Shown: positions 1 to 12,640 of the stretch, piece by piece
How the letters are laid out: each line of letters starts with the position of its first letter
Numbering within the stretch: position 1 is the stretch's first letter
Origin: Bipalium vagum
Lineage: Eukaryota
Reading direction: 5' to 3'
NCBI GenBank assembly: GCA_037834085.1
Contig: JBBMKC010230520.1
Span: 1 to 32,838 of the forward strand
DNA length: 32,838 nt
The notes under the pieces: model-generated
Database searches by the model: none
What the model was told of the DNA's origin: nothing
The model's input: only the letters and a program-made list of their open reading frames with translations
Made by a program: the position numbers and the translations under genes

Positions 1-127
1 ATCACAAATAATAATTTGTAGAAAGTTTTTAATTCACGATAGTTAGGATTTGGAACAGAAATCACAAATAATAGTTTATAGAAAGTTCACAGTAAAGAGT
101 TTTTAATTCACGATAATTTGGGATTTG
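1..127. repeat. Imperfect direct tandem duplication (~60-nt unit; second copy carries a short insertion)
   Basis: atcacaaataata.ttt.tagaaagtt...tttaattcacgata.tt.ggatttg occurs at 1-52 and again at 61-127. Confidence 0.7.
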
Positions 128-391
128 ATTCTGTCGCAGGGTTCGGGCGAGTTGATCCACTTGACCTTGGTTGAGCCGGATGTTTATCAGGTTTCGTTGG
201 TCGTAGTCTCCACATAAAGTTAAAAGAATATAATAATTTTTAACATTTTAATTTAATGAGGATATAGTTTTTTTATTTTAAAATTATTATTTATACTTCT
301 TATGTGGTTTATTAAGTTATTTTATATTAATATAATAATAATTATTATAAGCAGTGATTCAAAGAATTGGTTTGCTGGTTTTTTTTAATAA

Positions 392-546
392 GGACCTCAC
401 GCTATGATTAACAATTTTCAAATGTTTTTAATTAAAAGTTTTTAAAAATTATGTTACGTTTTTAAAATTTTTAAATAAATAATTTAAATAAATGTTGGTT
501 AATTTTAAAAAAGTAAGTAATTTAATTTTAACTAAAGGTGAGGTCC
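392..546. mobile_element. Candidate MITE (~155 bp)
   Basis: Terminal inverted repeat GGACCTCAC (392-400) / GTGAGGTCC (538-546) with weaker pairing continuing inward and an AT-only interior. Left flank is TAA; the right flank is not a clean TSD. Confidence 0.35.
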
Positions 547-902
547 AAGTTTGAAAAGTTTGTTTGGTTAATCGGATTTAATGAAATATAGTATTATTGT
601 TTCGACTTTGAATTCTTATTTACAAATGACTACATAAGAATATAACTATAATAATAATAATAGGTAGTACGCGTTTACCAGATAACAAAACAAAAGAAAA
701 AGAAAATCTTAAATAAAGTAATGATAATGTAAAGATTTTCTTTTATTTTCAATAGTAATTATTTACTTAATTTTATTTTTATAACTTGTCTTAAAATTCG
801 TCTTTTCGTTTTTTCCAAACTTAATTTTACTTTTTCTGAAAACTCTTGAGATGTTGTTTTAGAAAGTTTTTGTGCGATTTTATGACTGAAAACAGGAGCT
901 TA

Positions 903-1158
903 CAGTCCTTGTAAAAAGTTTGTTCACCCCCTATAGAATATACAAAATTAATGGAAAAACTCGAAATTTATTAAATAAATAGGTATTTAATATTTAGTGG
1001 GATATCCTCTTGATTTTTGGACCAATACTAATTTTTTTCATGGAGGATACAATTTTCTTGCACAACTTAGCAGAAAGTTTGTACCATTTGTCTTGAACTG
1101 CTTTCCATAATCCATCAGCAGAGTTGTGCGCCATTGTGGTAACTTTTCTTTTGAGGTC
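903..1158 (-). mobile_element. Tc1-like transposon 3' fragment (TIR plus transposase C-terminus)
   Basis: TA|CAGTCCTTGTAAAAAGTTTGTTCACCCC is a Tc1-type TIR. Translation DLKRKV...LWKAVQDKWYKLSAKLCKKIVSSM... then GYPTKY* in another frame is the typical Tc1 C-terminus. Confidence 0.75.
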
Positions 1159-2160
1159 GATGAGACGTATAACTTTCTTGCACTTGGATCTGACAATTAA
1201 GTCTGGCCGTAGTGTGTTTTTCATCTCATGTGGGTATACATCCATATCTATGTTCAATCTAGAGTCCTTTAAAAAGTTAAACGACAGCGTTAACGCGTGA
1301 TTGTGTTTCGCTGTTGGTTGGTGTGGCCGGGTTGGGCAATAATTTAGAACACAGGCTTATGTTTCCACCGTAATTTTGCAGAGCCTACAGTGGATATCCA
1401 TACCCCTTTAATATGTTTAGAGGACGATATTTTAGTGCTAAATTGTTGCTCTGGGATTGAATCAATAATAATCAATGCTCTGCAGGTAGTCTATTGTTCA
1501 TCATGATTTTATTGGATTGACAACCAAAACCTGACCTTGGCTCACGTGACTCATTCACATATTGAAGTAATGTATACCAAACCCTTGGTGAAGAGTTATT
1601 GTGGTCTCATCTATATTCTTATTTCCTAAAAAATAACTCGTAGACTTACCGTTAGTCAACTTCATTGTTATTTTTAGCTGGACTTCTCGTCAAAAATAAA
1701 GAATTCACACTCTATACTTCTGTATCGGAGAGCCTTCACAGAAACCCGTACCTTGGTCCATCATGTGCTCTGCGCATATAGATCACTTTTAATATTGCCG
1801 CTTAGCCATCTCAATGCAAGATTAAGGTCGACCGAAGTTTCCATGCGGAACATTTTCCTTACGTTATGTAGTAAGGATAGGTTCAAGAGTGACCTCAATG
1901 CTGGCCATTGCTCGTCAAAGATGCAGTCCCTGCACTACACTGCAAATGTGATATTCATCCTATGTAGGGACTATGCAGAAACCCCTAAGCTCCGTAGGGG
2001 TATACAAATATGAGATGTTTGCACGGAATTAATGTCGTATCGGTGATTGACCTCAGGGTCTTTCTGACAAGCTCATCATATTTCACTCTTTTTTCCTCCC
2101 CTCCCCTTGTCTCGTCAAAGGCGATGACAAGGTTTGGATATCCACCACTCTATTTCTAAA
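1150..2160 (-). mobile_element. Degenerate non-LTR retrotransposon of the restriction-like endonuclease (NeSL/R2/R4-type) group: RT thumb, zinc knuckle, PD..D.K endonuclease
   Basis: With stops and frameshifts, in the expected order on the - strand: YDELVRKTLRSI; SYLYTPTELRGFCIVPT*DEYHICSVVQGLHL (YLP...GGLG-like); ST*WTKVR; SHVSQG; HCRLCKITVET*ACVLNYCP...AKHNH (degenerate CCHC knuckle plus RH[ND]-like motif); LRPDLIV...LIDLK. Confidence 0.8.
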
Positions 2161-2199
2161 ATGGAATAGAAGCCTAGAATGCAAGAATATTTTAAAACA

Positions 2200-2790
2200 T
2201 TCTATTTTCTGGGCTGATTAAAGGTGAAATTTGAAAAAATATACAAAAATGATTTATTTTTGATAGATAAAACAACTTTATGACATATAGCAAAGGAATT
2301 CGAAATATATCCGTCAGAAACCGCAATTCAGGTTAGTGGTGTAATGTTGTGGTTAATGATTTTTCAAAATATTCTTATATCATTCCATATAATAGTTTCT
2401 AAGTTCTCATTTAAGGATTTCGTACACATGTTGTAGATTTACATTGTACCAACTATAAGGATAAACTTCGAAAAAATATGTACTTTACAAGATAATTGTA
2501 AAGTACTTACCTCCCGGTTATTTTAAGATTATCTGAGATTTTCAAATATTAAAACTATCCAGCTGCTATCAAGAAGTCCAGACCTGAACGTAGTAAAGGA
2601 TGTACGGAAAATAATATGAGACATGGTATATGATGAACCGCAATCTAAAACTCTGAAGTATTTACAATTGAGCATTACAAACACCATTCATATAATAAAA
2701 AAGATAAAATATAATTAATTTATATGGATCACTGTAAAACTCGTCCTTGTAAAGTTTTAAGGACTAAAGGAAGTTTGTATAGTGATTAAA
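2200..2790 (+). mobile_element. Heavily decayed Tc1/IS630-like transposase remnant
   Basis: SGVMLW (~2336), LQDNCKVL (~2485) and SRSPDLNVVKDVRKII*DMVYDEPQ (~2570) correspond to GGVMVW, QDNA..H and SPDLNPIENVW. Confidence 0.65.
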
Positions 2791-3287
2791 ATGTTTATTG
2801 ATAAATAAAAGATGTTCGAAAAATTTTGCCTTTTTGATAATTTACAATACTTTATTTTAAACTTTTTATATATTAGAAATATTACTTGATAAAATCTTTA
2901 TAACTGATACATATTACTATATTGAATGTGGTTAAATTTTATTCCAGAAATAGTTTTCATATTTATAAAATATTCTTCCTGTATTAAAATGCAGTATAAT
3001 TTAAAGCGCTTATTTTAATGGAAAAAGATTGAATTTAATATTCGATCTTCTAAGTAATACACTTAAATAGGATACAGAATATGTGAAAGACCAAAATTTC
3101 CAAAAATATTATTTGTTCTATATTACTTTGTTTCTTGACAATTGGCCCAAAGATTATAAAAGTATTAAATAAATTAAAAAACTTTTAAACCTAATAATAA
3201 AATTTATGAATTAATTGTTTGAATAATTGATTGGTTGTTAGATACTATGATTATTTAAAATTGTAATATTATAATCGTTAATTATAA

Positions 3288-6200
3288 ATGAATAAAGAAT
3301 TAGAGGTTGAATATCTGAAAGACCAAGGTATGATATTATTTAAATTTATATAACATTAATAAATATTCAGTAAGCCGTTTGAATGAAGCCTTGTCTCATT
3401 ATCAGAAAATTTATATTGATAATTCTGAAGTATTATTTTTTCAGTTAAAAATAGATCTTATTTTGATTTTTAGACACCTGTCTCTAATAAAAATCATATA
3501 ATAAATAACGAGTTAATTTAAAGTTTTAGTGGTTAATTTATTTATATTTTAGTTATTTATGTCCACTTCTTTTGGAATATGACAAAGTAATTCACGAATT
3601 GACAGTAGAAATCGAGTCTACAAAAGTAAGCTTAATAGTATCTAAAAGTTCTTATAACTCAGGACATTGTTTGAATATTGGTATTAATCTTTTGAATCAT
3701 ATATTTTCGTTCAACCAGAATGCAACCAATGTTGATAAATTCTATTCACAAAAATTGATGCAATTTTTCATATTTTGGTTCTCTCTTTTCTGCCTATAAA
3801 ATGCATACAAACTACATTTATTGAACCAGTTATATTTTAAAAATAATTTTAATGAAACGTCCATTCCCATTTATATTTTAAAGCAATAAATTGTCTTGGT
3901 TTTAAAATGATTTTCAAAATCTGCGAAAGGATAGGTTTTGAAATGAATAAGTAATCTAAATAAAACTAGATTTCTAAAATTATAATGTCTCATTTTAAAA
4001 AATCTTATTTTAAATTCAGATTTTCTAAAAATACTTGTGATAAAGTATTATGTAATGTTAATAGAAATTTGAAAGGCGATGATCGAATTATTCTTAAATT
4101 CTTTTCATACTTATTTTGAAAATGGAATTTGTTTCTCTCATTTCAAGCTGTAAATTACGGTGTTTTGGTTTTTAAATAGTTTTTAGTTGGTCGTCATAGA
4201 ATTAATGGAACGTTTTTTTATTTTCTGCTTTCGATAATATTTTTGAATCTCTTAAAAATAATTCCAATATTTTCCTTTAATACCTTAAATAATTATGTCC
4301 ATGTCTTAATTTTATCATGCCAAAATACATGATTCTACTAAAACTTATTAGATTCGACTAGAAGCAATAAGGTAGACTCAATTACATTTTGATTATCAAA
4401 TAAAACTCAGACCTAAGTTGCATGTTTAATCTTTACAAATCAAAGTTTTATTATATGTGTTTAGGAATATTTTAATGAAAAAATTTACTTCGTAGATTGT
4501 CTAGAATAATCTATTCTGTACTTATTACAAGAACTATAGTATAATTAGAATTGACGAAACATTTGTTGAAATCAACTTTTAATGCATCTTTGCATTTAAT
4601 ATAAAGTATCTGGCACAACAGTTTTACAAGAATTCTCATTTAGAAAAACTCACTTTAAATTCTTTTAGTGGGAAAATAAGGGTTCAAGGACATCTCTTTC
4701 ATAATTATCGCATTTACTTAAAAATTAAGACCAAATACATTCACACCATATAAATATTGGTTTCATTGGGAAAATTCTTTCAGTATTAAGTATCGTAATA
4801 GAAATCTTTTCGAAAATTTTCGGATTCTCAATCACTGGTTGAAGTAGAATCTTACATATATATCTTTCGATGTATATTTTGATACTTAAATAGTTTTAAC
4901 TTGGTTTTTATAAAAAATGATAAGATGTCTCACATATAGTTATAAAGGATTTACTTGAACGGGCTTCTTTGCCATATATCTAGTACATGTTTAGTAGTTT
5001 CCAGATTCCTTTATACAATAATATATAATATAATAAAAATATATAATAAAAATCTGATTATATTACAAGATTTAACATTGTGAAAAGAATATATTAGAAC
5101 TGTTCTTTTATAGTGGAAATAAGAGATATTATATTATTTAAAAAATCTTGCTTTCATAATCTCAATATTTCTGATTAAGTCAAAGTATTATTTATATTTA
5201 TATAATTATATTAATTATATATTAATATATATTATATTATATCATATATTATATTAATTAATTATATTTTTAAACTGATACATGGATGTGGTTAGGTAAA
5301 TTATTTTTCAATATTTCTTAAAATACTAAAAATATTTATTATTTTGGTTAAATAATTCAAAAAATATTTAATATTGATAATGATAATTATTATTACCGTC
5401 CCATTTTAATTCAAATTTAATTTTATGATTAAACATTATTTAACATATGCAGAAGCTATTTAAATTGGAGAAATATTTTTATATCAAAAAATGAAATTAA
5501 GCGATTATTTCTAACCGCTTAAAAAATTTTTTGCTTAAAACTAACTTTTCTTGAAAGAGTTTTAAAAATTTTTTTTCTTTTGAAGGAGACATTTTTAGAA
5601 ATTTTTCAAATCAGAATATTTATACTTTCTTTTTCGTTTTTTATAATGAATTTTCTTATATTCCCAGCAAAGCTTAGAAAAAGAACGAATAAAAGTAGAG
5701 GCTATTATTAATGAAAATGAGCAGTTAAAGTTACAGAGCTTACCAAGAAATGTAACCATTTCTGTGAATGATGAAATAAAACAAGTCGCTCAGAATCAAA
5801 TTGATTTGATGACAAAGGTTGATTAAAGTGCTAATATGACATCATTGTAAAAACAATTGTCAACAGGAAAAATGTTATTTGGAAGAATTGTTGAGGCTTT
5901 CCGAAGTTGAGGTGGAAAGATTGCAAGCTGAAGTGACCGAATATCGTTTGAAACCGGAAACAGTTTTGTTTAATGAACAAATCGAATCAATGAGACAACA
6001 ATATTTGAATTCAATTCATCAGATGGAAGAGGAAGTCATGACATTGCGCAATATTAGAAAAGATCTAAGTAACGATTTGGAAAAGTCGCAAACTCAATTG
6101 AGAGAGGTCGAAAAAGACAATATAATGTTGAATGAGAAATTAAGATTTGAAAAGCAAGCCGGAGAAGAAAATCTCAGTCTAATAAAAACTGGTTTAAGCC

Positions 6201-7865
6201 GCATTGAAATTCAAGATAGAGAAAAAAAAGAACTATCGGTAAAATGATAAATTTACCTAATGAAATCTAACTTGATATTTTGTAGGCACAAATTGAAGAA
6301 CTCAGAGCAGTTATCAAAGCACATGAATCGACCAAAAGTGAATGGGGTACAAGTTTGGAGAATTTGGAGGCCAAATACAAAGAAAAAGAGCAACAGTTAT
6401 ATGATGCTACCAGAAAGATCAACGAAGCTTACCAAATGGCCGAGACAGCTCTGGGAGAAAAAAAATCTATTGAAATTAAAGAAATGCAATATTTAGGAGA
6501 ATGTGAACGACTGCGAGGTGTAATTTCTGGAATCTTGGAAGACGCAGGCATCAGAACAAGAGAAGAAGTAGATTTGGTGAGGAATAATTATGAAAAAGAA
6601 ATCGAGAGACTTATGAATGAATTGAGTTTCTGTGAACAGGTTTGGTTGGTTTAATATGCTTGAATGGTAAAAATTTTGTGATTATTTAGAACAGACAAGA
6701 ATTACTAGTGGATATTGACAGAATGAAGCGCAGTAAGAGCCAATTGGAGCAAGAAATAGAATTACTTCACAGATCTGATACTGAAAGGACCATGCAAGTC
6801 CAGTCTTCAGAAGAGGTGATTCATAATCGAGTGGTTCAGGCTGAAAGGGAGCGTGAAGACACTCGATTATCATTGATTTCTGCGGAGAATAACTTCACCA
6901 AAGAAAAAACAGAATGGCAAGCACAAAAAACAGCCTTAGAAAACGAGGTTTGAGAATAATTTCTTTTTGAGAAGTTTTTACTGATATAAAATCTTTCCCG
7001 AAAATGAATAATTTTTTTCGAGGACTAAGAACATGATTTATACAAATATTTGTTACTAAATCGAATCCATTTTCTTCTCTAGATCAATTATATGCAGAAA
7101 AAGTTAGCCAGTCTTCAGATCTCATGTGACAAAGCTCAATCAAATGCTGATCGATTCAGCAAAATGTTATCTGCGTCGGAAGAAATGGCAGAGAAGAATC
7201 GTAAAAAGTATCAGGACTCTTTGAAAAACAGTCGACACGAATTTGAAATTTTCAAACAATCATCCAAAATCAGACAACAAGAATTGGAGGCACGGCTTTT
7301 GTCAACCGAAGAAGCACAGCGTCAAATGACTTCGGAAATGCGACAATTTCTGGCCAAGCAACAGCAGGTATGACACTGACTTGGGTTTTCCGCTACTATT
7401 TCATCGGTTTTGTTCAATTACAGATCAGCAACAAATGGAGGGAAGAAGCACACAATATCACCAATCAATACGAGGAAAAACTGACCCAGTTATCGAGAGA
7501 AGTTGACCGTCAGAAAAAAAGGAACGATGAAATGGTTTTGCTTTTGAATGAGTCCAAACAACACTTATTGGAAGTAAAAGATCATTATTGTAATCACCTT
7601 TAATCGATTTAAAGAGTGAAGAGACAATAGAAGACCAAAGGAAAGCAATAGCGTTAATGGATCGAAGACTGAATATCATTGGAGACTCAAATTCCATGAA
7701 ATTGCAGGTGATCATTGATATGATTTTTTTGTCACTTGAACAACTACTCTAAAACAATAAAATTGATCTCAGATCGATTCTACAGATCAAGACGATTCCA
7801 ATTGGCAGTTGATGCAAGCGAAAAAGCAACAACAACGACTCATCAAGGAATCCGTTGCCAGGTAG
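3288..7865 (+). CDS. SCLT1: Sodium channel and clathrin linker 1 homologue (centriolar distal appendage coiled-coil protein), 12 exons, ~654 aa
   Basis: Phase-consistent GT-AG exon chain: 3288-3327, 3371-3429, 3474-3511, 3553-3625, 5668-5817, 5867-6238, 6286-6639, 6690-6947, 7083-7367, 7424-7573, 7615-7707, 7773-7865 (1965 nt). Colinear motif matches to vertebrate SCLT1 as I recall it: EVEYLKDQVSRLNEALSHYQ ~ EIDFLREQNRRLNEDFRRYQ; YLCPLLLEYDKVIHEL ~ FLAPLVTEYDKHLGEL; DAGIRTREEV ~ DATIRTKKEV; EMRQFLAKQQQISNKWREEA ~ ELRHLLATQQKAANRWKEET. The last exon is ambiguous (see findings). Confidence 0.88.
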
Positions 7866-9119
7866 GCGGATTGAAAATATCTGACATTTATTTATATGAT
7901 GATTTTTGAACAGTGAACAATTTTTATATCTTGATTTTTATCGAATTAACCTTTAGGAAATACGATTTCTTTTCTCCTTCGAGCTCTTCCGTAAGTTTAT
8001 AATGTTTCTGTTGATAGTCACCATATTTTGGAAACAAGCAAATAATGTTAAAAAATTCATTTGAAAATTGTTATTTGTTTTTTTCACAATCAATAATGAA
8101 TTTTGAATATAAACATTAATTTCGTAATTGGTATGATGAAAAAAATAAATACAGTGATAGGAATCATTAATTAAACTCAATGTCGTTGTATTAGTGGCTT
8201 TAAGAGGTCTATTTAGAGCTTTTTGTGTTTTCCGTTTTGAGTCAATATTTTAATGAAAATGCCTTTCGTCTTTTAAAAAACCTTTCCAAAATGCCAAATC
8301 CTTTGGAAAAGTAATTTTGAACAGGTACTTTTAAAATTGACGTGTTTTGTAAAGTGGATTGAAACCGTTGTTTTAATGAGATAGTGATGTTGCCTGGATG
8401 TATCCAATGTTAAAATTATCATTAGGAATTTTAAAAATGAAATTTCAGGTAATATTGATAATTTGTTTCAATCATTCAATTGTATTTTGTTTTAAAATGA
8501 TAATAGGTTTCATATTATGATATAAATTGGTCTTTTAGAATAATTGTGTGAGATTGGCATGGACTTTTGTATTGGATGGGTTTTAGTAGCCGTTTTCAAA
8601 TTTATTTTATCGATTTAATAATATAAATATTGATGGAAATAAATAAATTTAGTCTAAATTTCTAAATATCCAAATGTTAAAAAAGTAACATCTTATTTAC
8701 TTAATTTCAAGCTGCAACGTTTATGGTCCTGAAGTCCAAATTACCAAATGAAATTTTACTAATCCACAAACAGATGTTATGTTCACTTATCTTCCAACAA
8801 GTTATGAGTTTATTAACTTTGACAAACATATCCTTGATTTGGAATAAACCACTGTTTTTATTTGTTATTCGAAATCAAAAGTTAGTGATGAAACGAGATC
8901 TTAAAAATCTTTTCTAATAACGAAGGCTTTTTATTCAAGACCTTGACTACATGTTTAAGAAAAATTACTAGGCGTATTTTTCGAGAGGTAGTGCTTCAAG
9001 ATTTTGTTATGTTACGTTATATGATATATATATTTGTATGATCTTTACTTTTTATTTGTTATATTACCTCATTAATTAAGAATCTGTATTAAATTAGAAC
9101 CGTAGGTTATCAAACAGTT

Positions 9120-9340
9120 CAAATGGTTCAGTTTTAGTTTGAGAGAATATTAAAGTTTCTCACAGATGTTTGGAAACAGTCATTGGTGACATACCTTGTT
9201 TAGATGCAGGTTCACAAAGTTTAAGTTTCACAGCTAATAGCTATCAATGTTTCGTCCACGACCTACATCTTGGACATCTTCAGTTCCAAATTTCTGAAAC
9301 ACGCTTGTCTGCCTTTCAAATATATAGGTCATATTTCGAG
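9120..9340 (-). mobile_element. Possible Tc1/mariner N-terminal HTH fragment
   Basis: FQKFGTEDVQDVGRGR followed by ASKQGMSPMTVSKHL*ETL resembles the GRP linker and second HTH; highly degenerate. Confidence 0.3.
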
Positions 9341-9399
9341 TCATATCACTACTCTTGAGCTTATAGTAAAGTTATCATTTTTTAAATGTACATTCTATA

Positions 9400-10000
9400 A
9401 GTTGCATGGAAATTTATGATAACAAAACTGAAACAGCTTGAATTCTTTATTGAAATTGCTTTTATTATTGAATATAGACTCTTAATACTTCAACACACTT
9501 AGTCCAGTTCTTCATTAATTCTATGACATGTCTGAAATTTGATTACGGAAAGTCGGAAAAATTACTAGTCTACAACTGACATAGTATCTTCATTTGATGA
9601 AAAAATCCCGTGGAAAATTTTTTTAGGTTTTTGAAAAGGTAGAAGTTACTTAAGTAAAATCTGGCGAATACTGTGGTTATTTAAGCAAATATTTTAATTC
9701 TTTGATTTTTGACATTGTCAAAACATTTATGTAATTAGTCTTTAGGATTAATTTCATAAATTGGTTCATTGATTTCCGGTGTTGAGGAGTTTCTAGGAAA
9801 TGCACTGTGTGAATCATCTTCTATGATTTTTCGACCAGGTTAGAACTTCAAAGTCCATTGATGGATAGGAAAAATAAAGATGCATATATTTTTAATATTT
9901 TAATCATGTTTCTGTGGATTTCCCAGAGAGTTAATCCTTTCAGAACAATATATTAAATATTGCGTAATATCCTATAACTATTTTCCATACTAACATTAAT
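9400..10000 (-). mobile_element. Internally deleted mariner element
   Basis: From ATG 9988: ...LKGLTLWEIHRNM...WTLKF*PGRKIIEDDSHSAFPRNSSTPEIN (mariner N-terminus) joined directly to TMSKIKELKY...PQYSPDF...FYLFKNLKK...NWTKCVEV (YSPDL region and C-terminus). The WVPHEL and first catalytic region are missing. Confidence 0.75.
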
Positions 10001-12079
10001 AAATGACAAATCAAATTCAAATATGTGCTAAACAATAATAAAGAGATTAATTCAAACAAAATTTTTAATTTGTTATGCTGAAATATATATTCAAATAGCA
10101 TAGAAATATTTGTTTTTTCTCCGAAACCTTTATTTATAAATCATTGAACAATCTTTTATTAATTAGACATAAATTAAATGATTATTATTTCTTTTATTTC
10201 TTTAATTGGAAAATGGACTTCAAAATTTTAAAAATGTATCGTTTTGCATGTCATGCATTTGTTTAAAGCAATAAATTAATAATGTAAAAATCATTGATAA
10301 ATAAAAAAATTTCTCGACAGGAATAATTATTTATTTATTTTCTAGATCCAAAAAGGTTATTATGGTTGAATAACTTTTGAAATTTGAATGCTTATCCCAA
10401 GACTAATAAGTGTTTTTGAGTTATCAAATTAATGCGATATTTGCGACTTTCAATATTATTGTCATTATTTAATATTAATTTATGCCATTTGAAATTCTTT
10501 ATTTTTATATATAGTTTTATTGTAAAGTGCTGATTGGATGGAAAGTGAAATAGATAAAAAATATTTTAAATTAAATATAATTTTATATTTAAAGGATTTA
10601 TATCCTGATTCATTAGATTTTCAAATATCAAGGTTACAAGATATTTATGATAATTTACATATTGAGTATTTTATTTTTCTTTTGGAAAAATAATGGTCGT
10701 TTATTTATAAAAAAATTTAGAGATTTTGTCTAACATTTGTTTTAATATTAAATATTTTTACTCCTTTAAATTTTATTTCCATCGATTGCTCCATTAATAA
10801 AACAACATTTTTTTACCTAAAAATATTCTTTCAAAATATGTAAAGTTACAACTGCACCATTAATACATAAACAAATGGAAGAAAATCAGTTAAATATGCC
10901 TAACTTCTTTGACATCGATGATATACACATAATTGTGTTAGAGAATATTCATTTTTCTTAATATGAAGTAGATATTTTAAAAATGAATTACTTCTATTTT
11001 CATAATATCAAAAATTTTGTGGGAAGCTTATTACGCTTAAGTTGATGTCAGGAAAAAAACCATAAAGTTGCACATCCTGATAAAGCTAATAATTAAAATT
11101 AATATTTTATTATAAATTGTTTATTATTGTATTATACATTATTTGCGAAACTGAGGTTATGTTAACTCCTATTGCAAGCAAACAATACATTATACCAGTT
11201 ATTCATTTCATTCAAACATTTCTTTTATTTTTATTATACAGGTAGAATATTTGTTATAATTGTTCATTTACATATATTAAAAGAAATAATTTCTGATAAA
11301 AATTAAAAGAAAAAACATTGAAAATATTTAATAAATGAATTTTAATTAAAAATATTAACTAAATAAGGGAAAGTCAAAATGTTAAAATAAATTAAAATAA
11401 AATACTTTTTAATAAAAAATTAGATGAAAAACAAAATCATAAAACGTTTTATATTCACCTCACACTTTCACAATATTTTTCAATTTATAATTCAATTCAT
11501 TTTCAAACATATTGTTACTACTTACAATTTTAATTTAACAATATAGTGCACGTTTATATTCGACTCATACTAAATAGTTGGTGTCACAAAATCAGTTCAA
11601 ACATCACAAGATGTTATTAAAATAACAAGCTCAGTAAAGTTACTGTCGACAATCAAAATGGATCAAATATCAAATAGTACAAATGGCTGAGGAATAAAAT
11701 ACTTAGTGATCAAGTTCATATATAAACTTCAATGTTAGTTGATTACTACTGTTTCTATTATACCTTCACAAAATAACTTTCGATCGCAAATCGACAACTC
11801 CTCAATACTCGATGTTGTGTTCGTTTTACTGTTGTAGCCGGGCAAATTAAAACTTAATTTGAATCAAAACCCCTCAAAAAAACTTTATCAGCACCATAAA
11901 TTTTCAATCACAATAAAATTTTGTTAAATCACAAAACAAATCACAATTGAATTTAAATCTGTCGAAATTATCCGTCTAAAATCACGAACCCACTAATCAA
12001 TGTCAGAAATATAATAGAGTCAATTTTTCGTGATATCAAATAAATAAGTTATGAAAATAAATAAATAAATAATAAAATC

Positions 12080-12640
12080 AATTTATGACTCAAGATCACC
12101 AAAGAAAAGAAAATTACAAAAGAAGAAAATCGATACAATCTAACCAGGAACAACGAGGGGTCCCAGGTTGTCCACTAGGTGCTTTTCAGGTCACTTATGG
12201 ATTTCCAAACTCGCTGGGTTCTCTTGTTAAATCCTTTTGCTTTGTCATCATAGTAAACAAAAAGAATGGCAATAACTGAAGCGAATTGTCCTCGTCTCTA
12301 TCCTTGATAAGAATTATCCTCGTTCAAATATCCTTGTCAAAAGTCGTCAAAAATTTTGTCCTCGTTCAAATCGTTTGATTTCTGGGAATAATCATCTCTT
12401 TATCTGGTTGTAGAGATTGTTCTACGATCATCAATCCCTACACTTCGAGACAGTTATTTCCATCAATAGCCCTTTATTTCTAACTCTATCTCTACGCCGA
12501 GATAAAGTTAGACAAAAGAATAATTAATTACTCCGACGACGGAGTTTATTCCTTTATTTTGACGACGAGATTTTAATATATTACTTTTAGAATTAGTAAG
12601 TTTATTAAAGGGTTTAATTAATGCTATTATTATTATTATT
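12080..12640. repeat. Unclassified interspersed repeat, copy A (inverted relative to copy B); may extend left toward ~11400
   Basis: The reverse complement of ~12080-12552 aligns by eye to ~31848-32290. Shared blocks include cgtcgtcggagtaattaatt, gttagaaataaagggctattg, tgatcgtaga.caatctcta, ttcccagaaat, gtgacctg.aaag and cctggga. It ends in a (TAT)n run at 12625-12640. Confidence 0.85.

Noticed and set aside
1686-1712. Similarity of tctcgtcaaaaaataaagaat to the end of repeat copy A (reverse complement of 12545-12570)
   Set aside because: This segment lies within the retrotransposon reading frame (ECEFFIFDEK); likely chance.
3640-5010. Possible piggyBac-like remnant (YMAKKP, - strand, ~4960-4980) in SCLT1 intron 4
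   Set aside because: Only one short motif with weak flanking support; not enough to call.
6260-7715. Alternative-frame and antisense ORFs over SCLT1 (6260-6496, 6682-6873, 7458-7715)
   Set aside because: Shadows of real exons with no independent motifs. The same applies to 27888-28112, 28223-28420, 30665-30898, 31006-31260 and 1753-2013.
10620-11085. Possible mariner-derived MITE ending aaagttgcacatcctgata
   Set aside because: No convincing matching left TIR and only faint coding similarity.
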